A stretch of DNA of 64,000 nucleotides from Eledone cirrhosa (taxonomy: Eukaryota), in the NCBI GenBank assembly GCA_964016885.1, contig OZ024749.1:41664001-41728000 (forward strand), read 5' to 3'. The position numbers and the translations under genes are program-made. Each line of letters begins with the position of its first letter. Positions within the stretch are counted from its first letter, which is position 1. Below are positions 52,050-64,000 of the stretch, one piece after another. The notes below the pieces were generated by a model. That model worked only from the letters and a program-made list of their open reading frames with translations. It had not been told where the DNA came from and made no database searches.

Positions 52050-52425
52050 ATATTTCTTTATTAGCCACAGGGGCACAAAAGAAGGGGACAAATACAAAGG
52101 GGGAAGTTTACATACAATAAAAACGTGTAAAATGTTATCACAGATGGAATTTAAAAGTTAGTCGATTTTCCCCAATAGAGGGAGACAGTTTATATGGGTA
52201 ACACATACCCCCGAAAAAAATGTGCAACCCTCATCTCCAGGAGTACGAAGAGCTTGTACTCCTTTCCTCTCCTCCTCCTTTTCCTCAACCTACAGGCTGA
52301 TATAGAGAGAAGGCCCATTCACTCGGGCCATTCTCGCCACTTTCACCCACCTTTCATAAAACTTGCTGGGGTACAGCACCTCTCTCTCCATCCTGATTCT
52401 TCTTCCAAAGTGGTATTTGAAAAAA
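52050..52425 (-). mobile_element. Second Tx1/L1-like 3' fragment, in (GATA)n
   Basis: FFKYHFGRRIRMEREVLYPSKFYERWVKVARMARVNG; same 3' end CCCTGTGGCTAATAAAGAAATA. Confidence 0.6.
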
Positions 52426-52431
52426 AGATAG

Positions 52432-52480
<49 letters not shown>

Positions 52481-52522
52481 GTAGATAAATGGAGAGATAG
52501 ATAGAGAGATAGATAGATAGAA

Positions 52523-52554
<32 letters not shown>

Positions 52555-53039
52555 GGGATATTGTACATTATTTGATTATAATTCCCATGTGAATGTTTTA
52601 AGTGTGAATTATCCAGCAATAACAGATTCATCTTATTTATCCGAATATCCAAAGTGTGAATGTTTCATCAGGAATATGGAAATATGTTCTATAATTAATA
52701 TGGTGAGACATCAGGCTACAGGAATAGTTTAAAACCTGCTAAATAATAAAACAATAAAGTGAATTTAATCGTTTAAAAACTAATGGCTACATCTGAGCTG
52801 TTCTTAATCCATAGAATCTTGAAATTGTCATGAAAAAATAATTAGGAAACTGTTAACCCTTTTGTTACCATATTTCTCATGAAAGACATTGTCTATGATT
52901 TTGAAAATAATGGAGAATTTAGAAGGATTTAGTAATGTAACTAACTTCCTCGTGATTAAGCTGGTGTTTGGAATATAACATTTTCAAATAATATTGAAAA
53001 TAATAAAAAATTTGGAAGGATTTAGTAATAGTATGACTG

Positions 53040-53374
53040 AAGGCCCAACTCGAATAACCCTGGTTTTGTACCTAGAAAGTTTCCCTCCGAGGCACAAGCC
53101 TGGTCAAGGTTTATTTTTTTGTGGAAGACCAGTATTTGCCGATGCATACCAATCTCCTCTCTTCACGGCCACCGATCTTGTCCAAGAGAAAGACAATGAC
53201 CGATACAGCTTGACACCAGAGACGTCGCAACTCATTTCTACAGCTGAGTAAACTGAAGCAACCTGAAATAAAGTGTCTTGCTCAAGGACACAATGCATCA
53301 CCCGGTCCGAGAATCAAACTCACAACCTCTCAATTGCAAGCCCAGTGTTCTAGCCACTAAGCCATGCACCTTCA
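53040..53374 (-). mobile_element. tRNA-derived SINE, longer copy
   Basis: Minus-strand A box TGGCTTAGTGG, B-box-like GAGTTTGATTC and CCTTGAGCAAGACACTT core. Confidence 0.75.
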
Positions 53375-54409
53375 CTTAGTATGACTAAGTTTTTAGATAA
53401 AAGTAACTGGGAAACTGTTCACATTCACAGCATGGTCACAATGACTGGAACTAGTATAAGAGCAAACTGATAATACAATTTAAAGACAAAAGCAACAAAA
53501 AAACTCTACAAATAAAATTTAGCAAATGAAAATTCACGAAAGATCATTGCACCATTATGTAAATGAGTTCATGCCCAGGGATATACTTGTTTACAGTTTA
53601 ATAATTCAGCTACCATTAACACAGTCAAGTGAAGGTAGTATGAGGCTCAGTGGTTAAAGTGTTCAATAATAATAATAATAATAATAATTAAATTATTGTG
53701 TACAGTGCTCAGGTGCACTACAACACATCAAAGGTGCATGTATAATACATAGAATAATGTACAAATGTCAGGAAAATGAACAGTGTATGAGTCATGATAT
53801 ACACACAGATACATGTGTGCATGTATATGGAGGGGGAATATCAGGTGTAGTATTGGCAAATTTTGGGAAGTATGGAAGTTTTAAAGGATGCAGTGTCCTG
53901 GCAGTTAACAACTGATGCAGGTAGTTTGTTCTATGCTTCAGCAACTCTGAGCGTGACAAAATGTTTCCGAAAATCATGGGAGCTGTGCTGTTTTCTGACT
54001 TTGTAGACAACCATTTTAATAATTCAGTCACTCTTATTATTAACAAAATCAAGTAAAGGTAGTATGTAGCTCAGTGGTTAGAGTGTTCAACTCACAATCG
54101 GAAGGTCATGAGTTTGATAACCAATGATGAGTAATAATGATTTCTACTTTTGGTACAAGGCCAGCAATTTGGATAGAGGATAAAGTCAATTAAATCAACT
54201 CCAGTACATTACCGGTACTCTATTTTATCGACCTTGTAACGATGAAAGCAAAGCTAACCATGGCGGGATTTGAACTCAGAACATAAAGGGCCATAAATCT
54301 ATGCCGCAAAGCATAGTGCCCGACGCTCTACCAATACTGTCAATCCACCGCCCTTGTGAGTAATCTTCTTCTTGTCATGACCACAAGAAGTGTCAGTTAC
54401 AAAGCTTGG

Positions 54410-54585
54410 CTAGATGTGGTTCCGCCACAGCTGAACACATTGCTGTCCTTTCTCATTAAACTCTGCCAAGTCCAATGCTGTGCAGGGGTGTTCCAACAGG
54501 GAGCATATCAGGAGGTGCTGTATAGTCTGTAGTTTTATGCTGCAGTCACACATAACATCCCCATCCTTTAAATATTCCCATTTTG
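54410..54585 (-). mobile_element. Non-LTR retrotransposon C-terminal zinc-knuckle fragment
   Basis: KWEY.....MCDCSIKLQTIQHLLIC...PCTALDL, matching the C-x-C...QT..H...C pattern. Confidence 0.55.
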
Positions 54586-57500
54586 CAAGAGTAATAATAA
54601 TAGCTGAATTACTAAAATGGGAATTGCTAGCAAAACATAAATATAACATATTCAACATAAACAACATTTAACGAAGCTGAAACACACATGAGCTGGGTGG
54701 AGATGGCCAACAACAACAACAACAACAACATCATCATCAAGAATAAATAATAGTAATTGTAGTGAATAGTAAAGGTTTAATCGATAGCTGTTCTCGTCAC
54801 ATGAATGACTGGGAGTTTGTTAGCATAAAAATAATGAAAATAACATAACATTTATATATATATAAGCATATAGAACACTTACTAAGAGCTGAGGCACATG
54901 TAAGCTGGGTGGATATGGCGAAACAACAACATTAGTAATAATAGTAATAGTAAATAGTAAAAGGTGTAATCGATGGTTGTTCTCACCACATGAATGACTC
55001 ACCAGGGTTTAATTGATGAAATATTGGCAAATATATATATATATTTGTGTTTTATGTGTGTGTATATATATATATATATAGTAAGGCTTATTGATTGATT
55101 GCTTACACACCATTAACACTGATTGTTAACAGTGTCAATGACGAATACTCACACAATCATATGCACACACACAGATACAAACATGCACCATACATACAAA
55201 TGCAAACACGCACACATAGACACAAACATGCACACATACACACATATGCTGACAAACACATACATATATAGACACAAACACAATCACACGCACATGTACA
55301 CTTACACATACATATACACCTAATCAGACACACACACCCAATCACAGACACACACACACACATGCAGTTAATGAACCAGAAGTAGAATGTGAATTCATTT
55401 TCATTATCGTTAAATTCATCAGTTTAATGACTTTTTCCCCTTTCCTACTTGCACATCCCTACCTTATCCCATCCAACCCCACCACCCTAAACCACCCAGC
55501 CTCCCTGTCCCCACTCTGCCAATGTTAAACAATTCAATGAAAGAGACTATCATTGAAAAAAGGTAGCCTCTCTTTAGTATTCACTTACTTTAATACATTC
55601 TCGATATCATCATCATCATTTAACATCCATTTTTCCACGCTTGCACGGGTTAGATGGGTTGTCACAATGAGACAGATCAGGTCTAGAGACCACGTCCCGC
55701 TCATACAGATCTGTATTTTGGTTTGGTTTCTATAACTGGATGCCCTTCCTAATGCCAACCATGTTACAATGTGGACTGGGTCCTTTTTATCGTGGCTCCA
55801 AAACGATAATCTAACAAGGTGGACTGGGTGTTTTTTGTCATGTCACCAGCATGACTACTTTACAGGATGGACTGGCTGCTCTTTGTCATGTCACCAGCAC
55901 AAGCATTTTACTGGATGGGCTAGGTGCTTTTTATCATGTCACCAACATGACCACCTTACAGGCTTTTGTTGTTGTGGCACCAGATCAGCATGGACTCAGT
56001 GGTTTTTGTGTAACAACATTGTGGGAGATGAGATGTAGAGCATGTCCAGCTTTCTTGCTTGAATATGTGGGTTGGGCATGTGATGTGTATCAGGTGTCAG
56101 GGTTTGGGAGGAGGAACAAGTAAGTCAGTTCAGCATAAACAAGGTGTGTTGGGATATTGAGCTGGTGAGAGAGGGGTATTAAGACTAGGGAGAGTGAAGA
56201 GATGATTGGTGCAGACTAGTGTAACTTATACATGTTTGTTTCATTTCATTTTATGCACCTGTGACAAAATTTATCTCCCCTTTTTCATTTCTTTATTTTG
56301 TGCTGTCAAAATTTTCATCATACTTCTGCAGCCTGGTTACCAACATAATTCCATTGCCACTTTAACCCTTTCATGACTATATTTCTAAAGAAATTACATG
56401 ACTTATTAATTATGATGACTCATACACTGTTCACTTTCCTGACATTTGTACATTATTCTATGTACTATACACGCACCTTTGATGAGTTGTAGTGCATCTG
56501 AGCACTGTACACAATAATTTTCATTATTATTATTAAGAGTTAGTTGGTGATAAGAAGGGCACTCAGCCGTATAAAACCTACCAAACAAAGGATTGGGAGG
56601 ACTCTTCAGCTGAGTCAAAGACATGAGAACTTCCCTAATATTGGAGTATTATGATGAAATGTACTCATATTTCAGGCACCAGGCCTGTCAGAGTCAGTGA
56701 TGGAGCTCAGTGATGGAGTCAGGCTCCCTGCTCATCTGGAGGTCAGTGGTTCCACCTGAATACTGACCAGTCTGCGACAACATGTCCAACCCGCTGCTAG
56801 GTAGGGGAAATTGATGATAAACGATGTTAATGATGAATGAAGAATTTAGAAGGATTTACTAAAATTATTACCGTATTTGATAGCATATAGGATCCCTAAT
56901 CACATAAAATGATGAAGATGATGATGATATTATTGCTGCTGTTGTTTTTTTTTTTGTAGTTGTTGAGGGGAGGGGGGGGGTGTATTTTTTTAGAGAGAAT
57001 AAAACAGGTGCTTAGCAACAGTTTTTTGTTGTTGTTTTCTGTTCTTTTTGTTTTTTTCTCAACAGAGCCAGACAGAAAGCTTCCAAGATCAGAGACACAA
57101 GTGATTAGACGGAGATCAATAGATCAACATGGAGAGAAACACAGTTGAGTCAATATATCGCAGCAACTATATACAACATTGTCAACAGTTAGCTGGCACT
57201 GACCAAATAACACCCTTATTCAGTGGGTCAATATCATTATGACAGAGAAAGAAGGATTAAACTAATCTAATACCAACTTCTATGGCATTCATATGTATCT
57301 TTTATTTAGACTGTGGCCATGCTAGGGTAGTATTTTGATTTAGTCAATCATATCAACCCCAGTATATATATTTTTTTACTGATTTCAGTCATTACACTGC
57401 AGCTTTAATAGAGCACTGCATTCTTTAATCTTTTACTGGTTTCTGTCATTAAACTGTGGCCATGTTGGCGCATCACCTTGATTTAGATAGTGGTCATACT

Positions 57501-57604
57501 GGAGCACTGCATTCTTTTACTCTTTTATTGGCTTCAGTGATTAGACTGGCGCCATGCTGGGGTACCACATTCTTGGCATCCCCTAATGTGTTGTAAATTT
57601 TAAA

Positions 57605-58252
57605 ATGGATCGATTACCAGATTATAATGAGGGTAAAATGGCCATTGACCAGTTAAACACAGGTAAGGCATCTGGATCAGATGGAATCCTTGTGGAATTA
57701 TTAAAGTTTGGTAATAAGAACATAGCCCAAACAATACTCCATCTCATCATAGAGTGCTGGGCTGGCACTCCTATACCACAAGATTGGATAGATGGTATCT
57801 TGGTGACCTTGTTTAAAGGTAAAGGGGATAAAGGAATCTGCAATCACTGCTGTGGCATCACTCTGTTGGAGTCTGTGGACAAAATTCTTGCTAGATTATT
57901 GTTGAACAGGTTGATGGAGGACATTTGTCCTACAGTAATACCTGAATCACAAAGTGGATTTAGATCTAGCAGAGGGACAATTGATAGATCTTCTCTGAAA
58001 GGCAGATTCAGGAGAAATGTATTGAGCAGCAGGTTCCTCAGTATCAGGTTTTTGTTGATCTTTGATATGGTAAACAATGGTGCACTGGGTAAAATAGGGT
58101 GCATACCAAAGTTTATTGATATGTTCGTCCGACTGCACAAAAATATAAAGGCTCGGGTTGTCTTGAATGGAGAATTGTCCAATGAAACCCCAGTTGATAT
58201 GGTGTGAAGCAGGGAGATATCCCAGCTCCCACACTGTTTTCAATATTTTTTG
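57605..58252 (+). pseudogene. RTE-type reverse transcriptase N-terminal fragment, frameshifted
   Basis: GKASGSDGI..ELLK, PQDW, LFKGKGD, GITLL, KILARLLLNRL, PESQSGFRSSRGTID, then GVKQGD..APTLFSIFF. Confidence 0.88.
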
Positions 58253-58360
58253 CATATATACATATACACATATACATACACACATATGTGTTTATGTTTG
58301 CGTCTATGTTTACATTGGTGTCTGTGTATCTTTATTTCCTGTTTATTTCTGTATATATAC

Positions 58361-58433
<73 letters not shown>

Positions 58434-58437
58434 TATA

Positions 58438-58471
<34 letters not shown>

Positions 58472-59442
58472 GGACCCGTCCCACCCTTGCAAGCAGGGAA
58501 AAGCGGACGTATGATGATGATGTGTGTGTATACATATATTGTGTGTGTGTGTGTGTGTGTGTGTGTACATCTGTATGTGTGTGTGTATATATATATATAA
58601 TCATCATTTTACATGTGTGTAAATAGCAATTAGCATTAATGAAAATACTTTCATTGTTTATTTAAGATTCTAAGGAGAATAATCAGATCAATTATCATAC
58701 AAAACAAAATAATACATCATCATCAATGTCATCATCTTCACCCCCATCATCATTATCATCATGGTGATGAGATTAGGAAGGAGAGGGAGTGGAAGGTATC
58801 CTCAGACCAAAGACTTAGCCTAAATCATTGCAGCAGAGTGAGCTTTGTTATTCCTTTTGATACCAAAAGCACCTGAAACAGCTCCTGGTTCTATAATTCA
58901 AAACTGTTCATTTTACAGTGCTTATTATCATAAAAACCTCTCATAAAAATGTTATGTAAGAACCTTTGTTAAGTTATATTCCAAACACCAGATAGATAAT
59001 GAGAAAATCAGTTTCCTTACTAAATCCCTCCAAATTGTTGATTATTTTTAATATCATTTGAAGATCATAGGCAATGTCCTTCATTTGAAATATGGTAAGG
59101 AAAGGGTTAAACTATTTATATTTATCTAAAAACCTTCCATCACAATTTTGTTAAGTTGTTCCAAACATCATTTCATTATTATTATTATTATTATCAGATA
59201 AATAATGAGGAAGTTAGTTATATTACTAAATCCTTAAAATATTTGAAGACCATAGGGCATTTAAACTAGCCATATCCAGCCAGAATTTTCTCACCTCTTT
59301 CTGTTTAAACCAGCTGTAACTGGCCATTGATACTGACGTTAAGGTATTGTTCTCAACACAAATAATATAAAAATCTTGTAGATTTGATATTATGTGAGGT
59401 AAAGCCTTTACCTCAAAAATGTGCTAGTAAATGGTAAAAGGT

Positions 59443-59708
59443 TAAACCAGGCAACAGATTAAGTCTACTACTCAAGTAAGCCAGAGCGATATTTGAACTG
59501 AGAAGACTCAGAGCTGGTAGAATTAATAGTGGAAGACATCTTGGTTGTCACTCTAACATTGGGTTAGCCAAAGCCCAGGTAGTGATACTAAACCAAGCAA
59601 CAGATTAAGTCTACCACTCAAGTAAGCCAGAGTGAAATTTGAACTGAGAAGACTCAGAGCTGGAAGAACTAATAGTGGAAGGCATCTTGGTTGTCACTCT
59701 AACATTGC
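59443..59708. repeat. ~146-bp direct duplication
   Basis: AACCA.GCAACAGATTAAGTCTAC...GTCACTCTAACATTG occurs twice. Confidence 0.85.
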
Positions 59709-62249
59709 TACAAATCCTGTGTACTAGACTGCTTGCTTCAGTTGTACTATATTCAGATATTTGATGCAAGAGAAGGAAGTATTCTAGAGAATGTGTCATG
59801 ACTTGTATCAAGGTAAAAATCACACACAAACATATTTTCATATCCTTCTTTATTGTTCAAAAGATTAGATCAGATATTGTAATAATTGTTTCTACTTTAG
59901 GCACAAGGCCAGCAATTACCCAGTGCATTACTGGTATAAGAAAGACTATATTGTATTATTGTTTTGTGGAAAACAGGAGATAAAAACAGTATTTTGATTG
60001 GTGTAGTGATGTGTGGTGTAGTGTAGTGATGTGTGGTGAGGTGTAGTGAGGTGTGGTATGGTGCAATGTAGCATGGTGTGGTAGTGTAGTGTTGTGTGGT
60101 ATAGTGTTCTGTAGTGATGTGCGGTGAAGTGTGGTATAGTGCAATGTGATGTAATGTGGTGTAGTGTGGTGTGGTGTTGTATGGTGTAGTGTGGTATTAT
60201 GTGCTTGTTTGTATGTGTATAGATATATGTTGCATGTATGTGTATATGTATGTATCATCAACATCGCCGTTTAACGTCCACCTTCCACGCTAGTATGGGT
60301 TAGACGCGTTGTCCCATTTGAGACAAGTTGGGTTAGGTGACCGTATCCTGCTCATACAGAACTGTTTCTGGCTAGATTTCTACAGCTGGATGCCCCTCCT
60401 AACGCATGTATGTATGTATGCATGTATGCATGCATGTATGCATGCAGGTATATGAATGTTGGTACCTATATGTGTATCTTTCTCTTCTAAGTCTTTGAAT
60501 TCTTCCTATAAGGAAGGAGCTGGTTTCTCACAAACAACGCTCCATTGTTGAAATTGGGATTTTAAAAAAAAATATATACAAAACACAATAATTGTCACCT
60601 GTTGAACTTTAGAGAAGTCTCGCATATTTTTAATGTTATCCATACAGACTGTTTGTAAAGTGTATGATACTTAGTTAATTATCTTTGTCTGAAAATGCTG
60701 GCTTTTCCAGATTATCAATTAGGTATTTAACTAACATAATCAACCAAATACAACAATAATTATCGGCATGAGAATGTTTAATTTGGGCTAAGTGAGAAGC
60801 CCTAGGTTTCCAACCAGTCATCTATCAATATACATATATGTAGTAGATATATATGCATATATCTGAGGGAGGAGGAAATGAGTTGTTTTTGTAATTCAAA
60901 GGGCCAGGCCCTGTGTCACGAAGAATCTCCCTGAAAATTAATTACGTTAAGGATACACGCGCCTACAGAATACTTGGCCATTTCACAAACAGGCTGTTCC
61001 GTTGATCAAACAACTGGAACACTCGTCGTCGTCGTAACTGACGAAAGCCCAACACACACACACATTAAGAAAAATTAAACAAAATACAGGGAGTTGCTAG
61101 AAAGTGTCGTGACATTATATGAAGTGAATAATCTTAAGCAGGATACATATCGTGTCAAAAACTAACACCAGCTTTAAGATGTCGTCACAGCATTAAAGAT
61201 GGATAGACTCGGTAGTACGGAAACACAACTAGCGGGAGATAAGACTTAATATAGACAAGCGACTTGACTTTACCAACTTATTTATCTACTATCTATGCCT
61301 ATATATCTATCTGTTTGTATATATGTCTGTCTATTTATGTTATATACCTACCTATCTATTTGCCAGTCGATCTATCAGTCAGTCTATTTGTCTGTCAATC
61401 TATCTATCTATCTTTGTATTTGTCCCCTACTTTTGTGCCCCTGTGGCTAATAAAGAAACAAATCTATCTAGCTATCTATTTTTCTGTCTGTCTATCCATC
61501 CATCTATCACTCCGGATCACTAGCTAAATTATAGATGTGCCAAATAAAAGAGGTTATGTAACCTGCCGAATACAACAGCCAAATCATGTCACAGCTTAAA
61601 ATTAAATAAAAGAAAAGGGACAGATATATTATGATTGAATAAAAAATAGGATGGCCACTGTTAGAATATCTTTGATCATAGGGTTTGTTGTATCAGAACT
61701 GACCAAAGGCTAATTACTGCGACGACTTTCTCGCCCAACCTTACTACACCAAACGAAACAAGGAAGAAGGCTCAACGCAGTCACTCGATCTGCTAAAAAT
61801 AGCAGCCAAATCTCCCTCAAGCCACTATTAAAAACAAGGTGAGGCGGGAGAATAATGTAATGCTAGGTGCACTGTGACAGAATAAAATACTGACGGGGTG
61901 GCCCTGCCCAGAGCGCCTTTAATCATAAGTCTTGGTGGATCAGAGTTGATCTTGGATTAAACAACATCAACAATAATGTCTGAAATTTGAAATACAAGGA
62001 ACAGGTTAACAATGTTGTATATTAAGCAATAACAGCAACATTTGTTGAATGGCCGTGCAAATGTTGTTGAGAGTAAAGTCACTCATATTTTTTGTTTCCC
62101 TTTTAAAGATATAATGCTTTGATACTAAATTTAGATAATCTTTTAATGATAGAAAATAAATAAACAAAAACAAATAAGAAGATATATAAATTAAATATGT
62201 ACGAATGAACTATAAATGACATTACATTGAAGGTTTAGCTATTGTAAGT

Positions 62250-62399
<150 letters not shown>

Positions 62400-62806
62400 T
62401 TTTTCCAAATTGAAGGATGAGTATTTAAACTTTATTTTATTCAGAGTTAAGGCTCTATTGATTTTTCCCTGGATTTCACAAAATTCTGTGGATAAATCTG
62501 TCTTGATTTTTTTTTAATTAAGTTTGAATTATTTTCCCACATCTTACGTTAATTATTTTTAAATTCTGACGTTATAGTCACTTATATATTATGAAATACT
62601 GTTGGCTTCACGCTCACAATAATTTCTATACTTTCATTATATATATATTTATCATCATCATCATCATCGTTTAACGTCCATTTTCCACGATAGCATGGGT
62701 CTGGACGGGAATTGTCCCACTTGAGGCAAGATTGGTTGTCTTGCTCAGGACTGTCTGGCGGGTTTTCTACGGCTGGATGCCCTTCCTAATACCAACCACG
62801 TTTACA

Positions 62807-62866
<60 letters not shown>

Positions 62867-63144
62867 TATATATATATATATATATATAATAGCTAAACCA
62901 TATATATTAGAAAGAGTCGGTACCCGACAGTTGAGCTCTTGCAGTTTCGACAGCTAATTCCAATAGTGGCTTAATCCTTTTATTTATATATATATATATA
63001 TATATAAATATGCAGAGGTTATATTTAATTTGTTGGGATTCAACAAGCTTAAAAATGTTTATAACAGATATAAAGCCCTCAACAGTTAGTGTAGTAAATA
63101 CACAATTTATTAATAAATGGAAACTATATTTATAAAACCATATT

Positions 63145-63210
63145 TATTTTATTATACATATTTCAAGGGCCACCAAGGCAAATTATGGTGCGCTTTCATC
63201 AGATAAAATA
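63145..63210 (-). ncRNA. Type I hammerhead motif (left arm)
   Basis: Minus strand TATTTTAT-CTGATGA-stem II-GAAA-TATGTA-TA-ATAAAATA. Confidence 0.7.
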
Positions 63211-63362
63211 CAGATTTGTTTTATAAATAAATATTGACATACCCGAAAAGAAAGACAACCTTCACAGTTGGAGCTTCCTGGATAGTCCAACCAGGAAGCT
63301 CCAACCGTTAAGGTTGTCTTTTTTTTCCGGGTATGTCAATATTTATTTATAAAACAATTCTG

Positions 63363-63428
63363 TATTTTATCTGATGAAAGCGCACCATAATTTACCTTGG
63401 TGGCCCTTGAAATATGTATAATAAAATA
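63363..63428 (+). ncRNA. Type I hammerhead motif (right arm)
   Basis: TATTTTAT(63363-70)-CTGATGA-AAGCGCACCA..TGGTGGCCCTT-GAAA(63409-12)-TATGTA-TA-ATAAAATA(63421-28). Confidence 0.7.
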
Positions 63429-63466
63429 AATATGGTTTTATAAATATAGTTTCCATTTATTAATAT

Positions 63467-63558
<92 letters not shown>

Positions 63559-63666
63559 TAATCCTTTTATTTATATATATATATATATATATATAATGTA
63601 GAAGGTGAGTTTTATTGTATTACAATAAAGCAATGCAGATATCGGATAAGTAGCACTGGAGTATAA

Positions 63667-63772
63667 ATAATATATAAGATCAAAAGATGGTTAAAAGAGT
63701 TCCATGTATTTTTAAATGCGCATAATAAAATACATGGAACTCTTTTAACCATCTTTTGATCTTATATATTAT
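63667..63772. repeat. Perfect 46-bp-arm hairpin in (TA)n
   Basis: 63667-63712 mirrors 63727-63772; 14-nt loop. Confidence 0.9.
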
Positions 63773-64000
63773 ATATATATATATATATTTATAGAGAGAG
63801 AGAGATAAATATACACGGGTGTGTATGATTGTGTATAGAAGATTATATTAATAAAAGGACTTCCAACTTTGTCTGATTTACTCGTTTTATTTACAATCCT
63901 TTAAAATTTATAATGGTATTAGAATGAAATAGTATGGTATAATATTAAATGTTAAGTGTTAATTGAACAAGTACGTTCATGCTTTCGCAATCTTCAGGTT

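Larger units (their letters stand above)
63102..63471. repeat. Inverted repeat with ~180-bp arms and a 9-nt loop, in (TA)n
   Basis: Arms 63102-63281 and 63291-63471 with several mismatches; loop ATAGTCCAA. Confidence 0.95.

Noticed and set aside
63970-64000. Minus-strand CTGAAGATTGCGAAAGCATG at the window edge
   Set aside because: No stem II or valid NUH/stem I is visible, and it is truncated by the window end.

Overview
AT-rich, repeat-saturated animal genomic DNA. The SINE, RTE and microsatellite content resembles a cephalopod (Octopus-like) genome; this is an inference. I can support no intact host protein-coding gene, and nearly all track ORFs are translations of micro- or minisatellites. 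Recognisable content: long minisatellites (3.2-14 kb, 17.9-20.2 kb); decayed non-LTR retrotransposons (RTE with YADD and an internal PHD finger, R4/Dong-type RLE ends, CR1 ends, Tx1/L1-like ends); tRNA-derived SINEs; TTAA-flanked piggyBac-type MITEs; a hAT MITE; and a mariner relic. The most striking signal is a set of short non-coding elements embedded in (TA)n tracts. Several are long asymmetric palindromes (17.4, 30.6, 40.6, 63.1, 63.7 kb). Several carry minimal type I hammerhead-ribozyme motifs (0.4, 18.7, 27.8, 30.8, 41.2 kb, plus two mirror copies at 63.1/63.4 kb). They fall into several unrelated sequence families and look like non-autonomous Penelope-like (pLTR/retrozyme-like) elements. 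All calls were made by eye without alignment tools.
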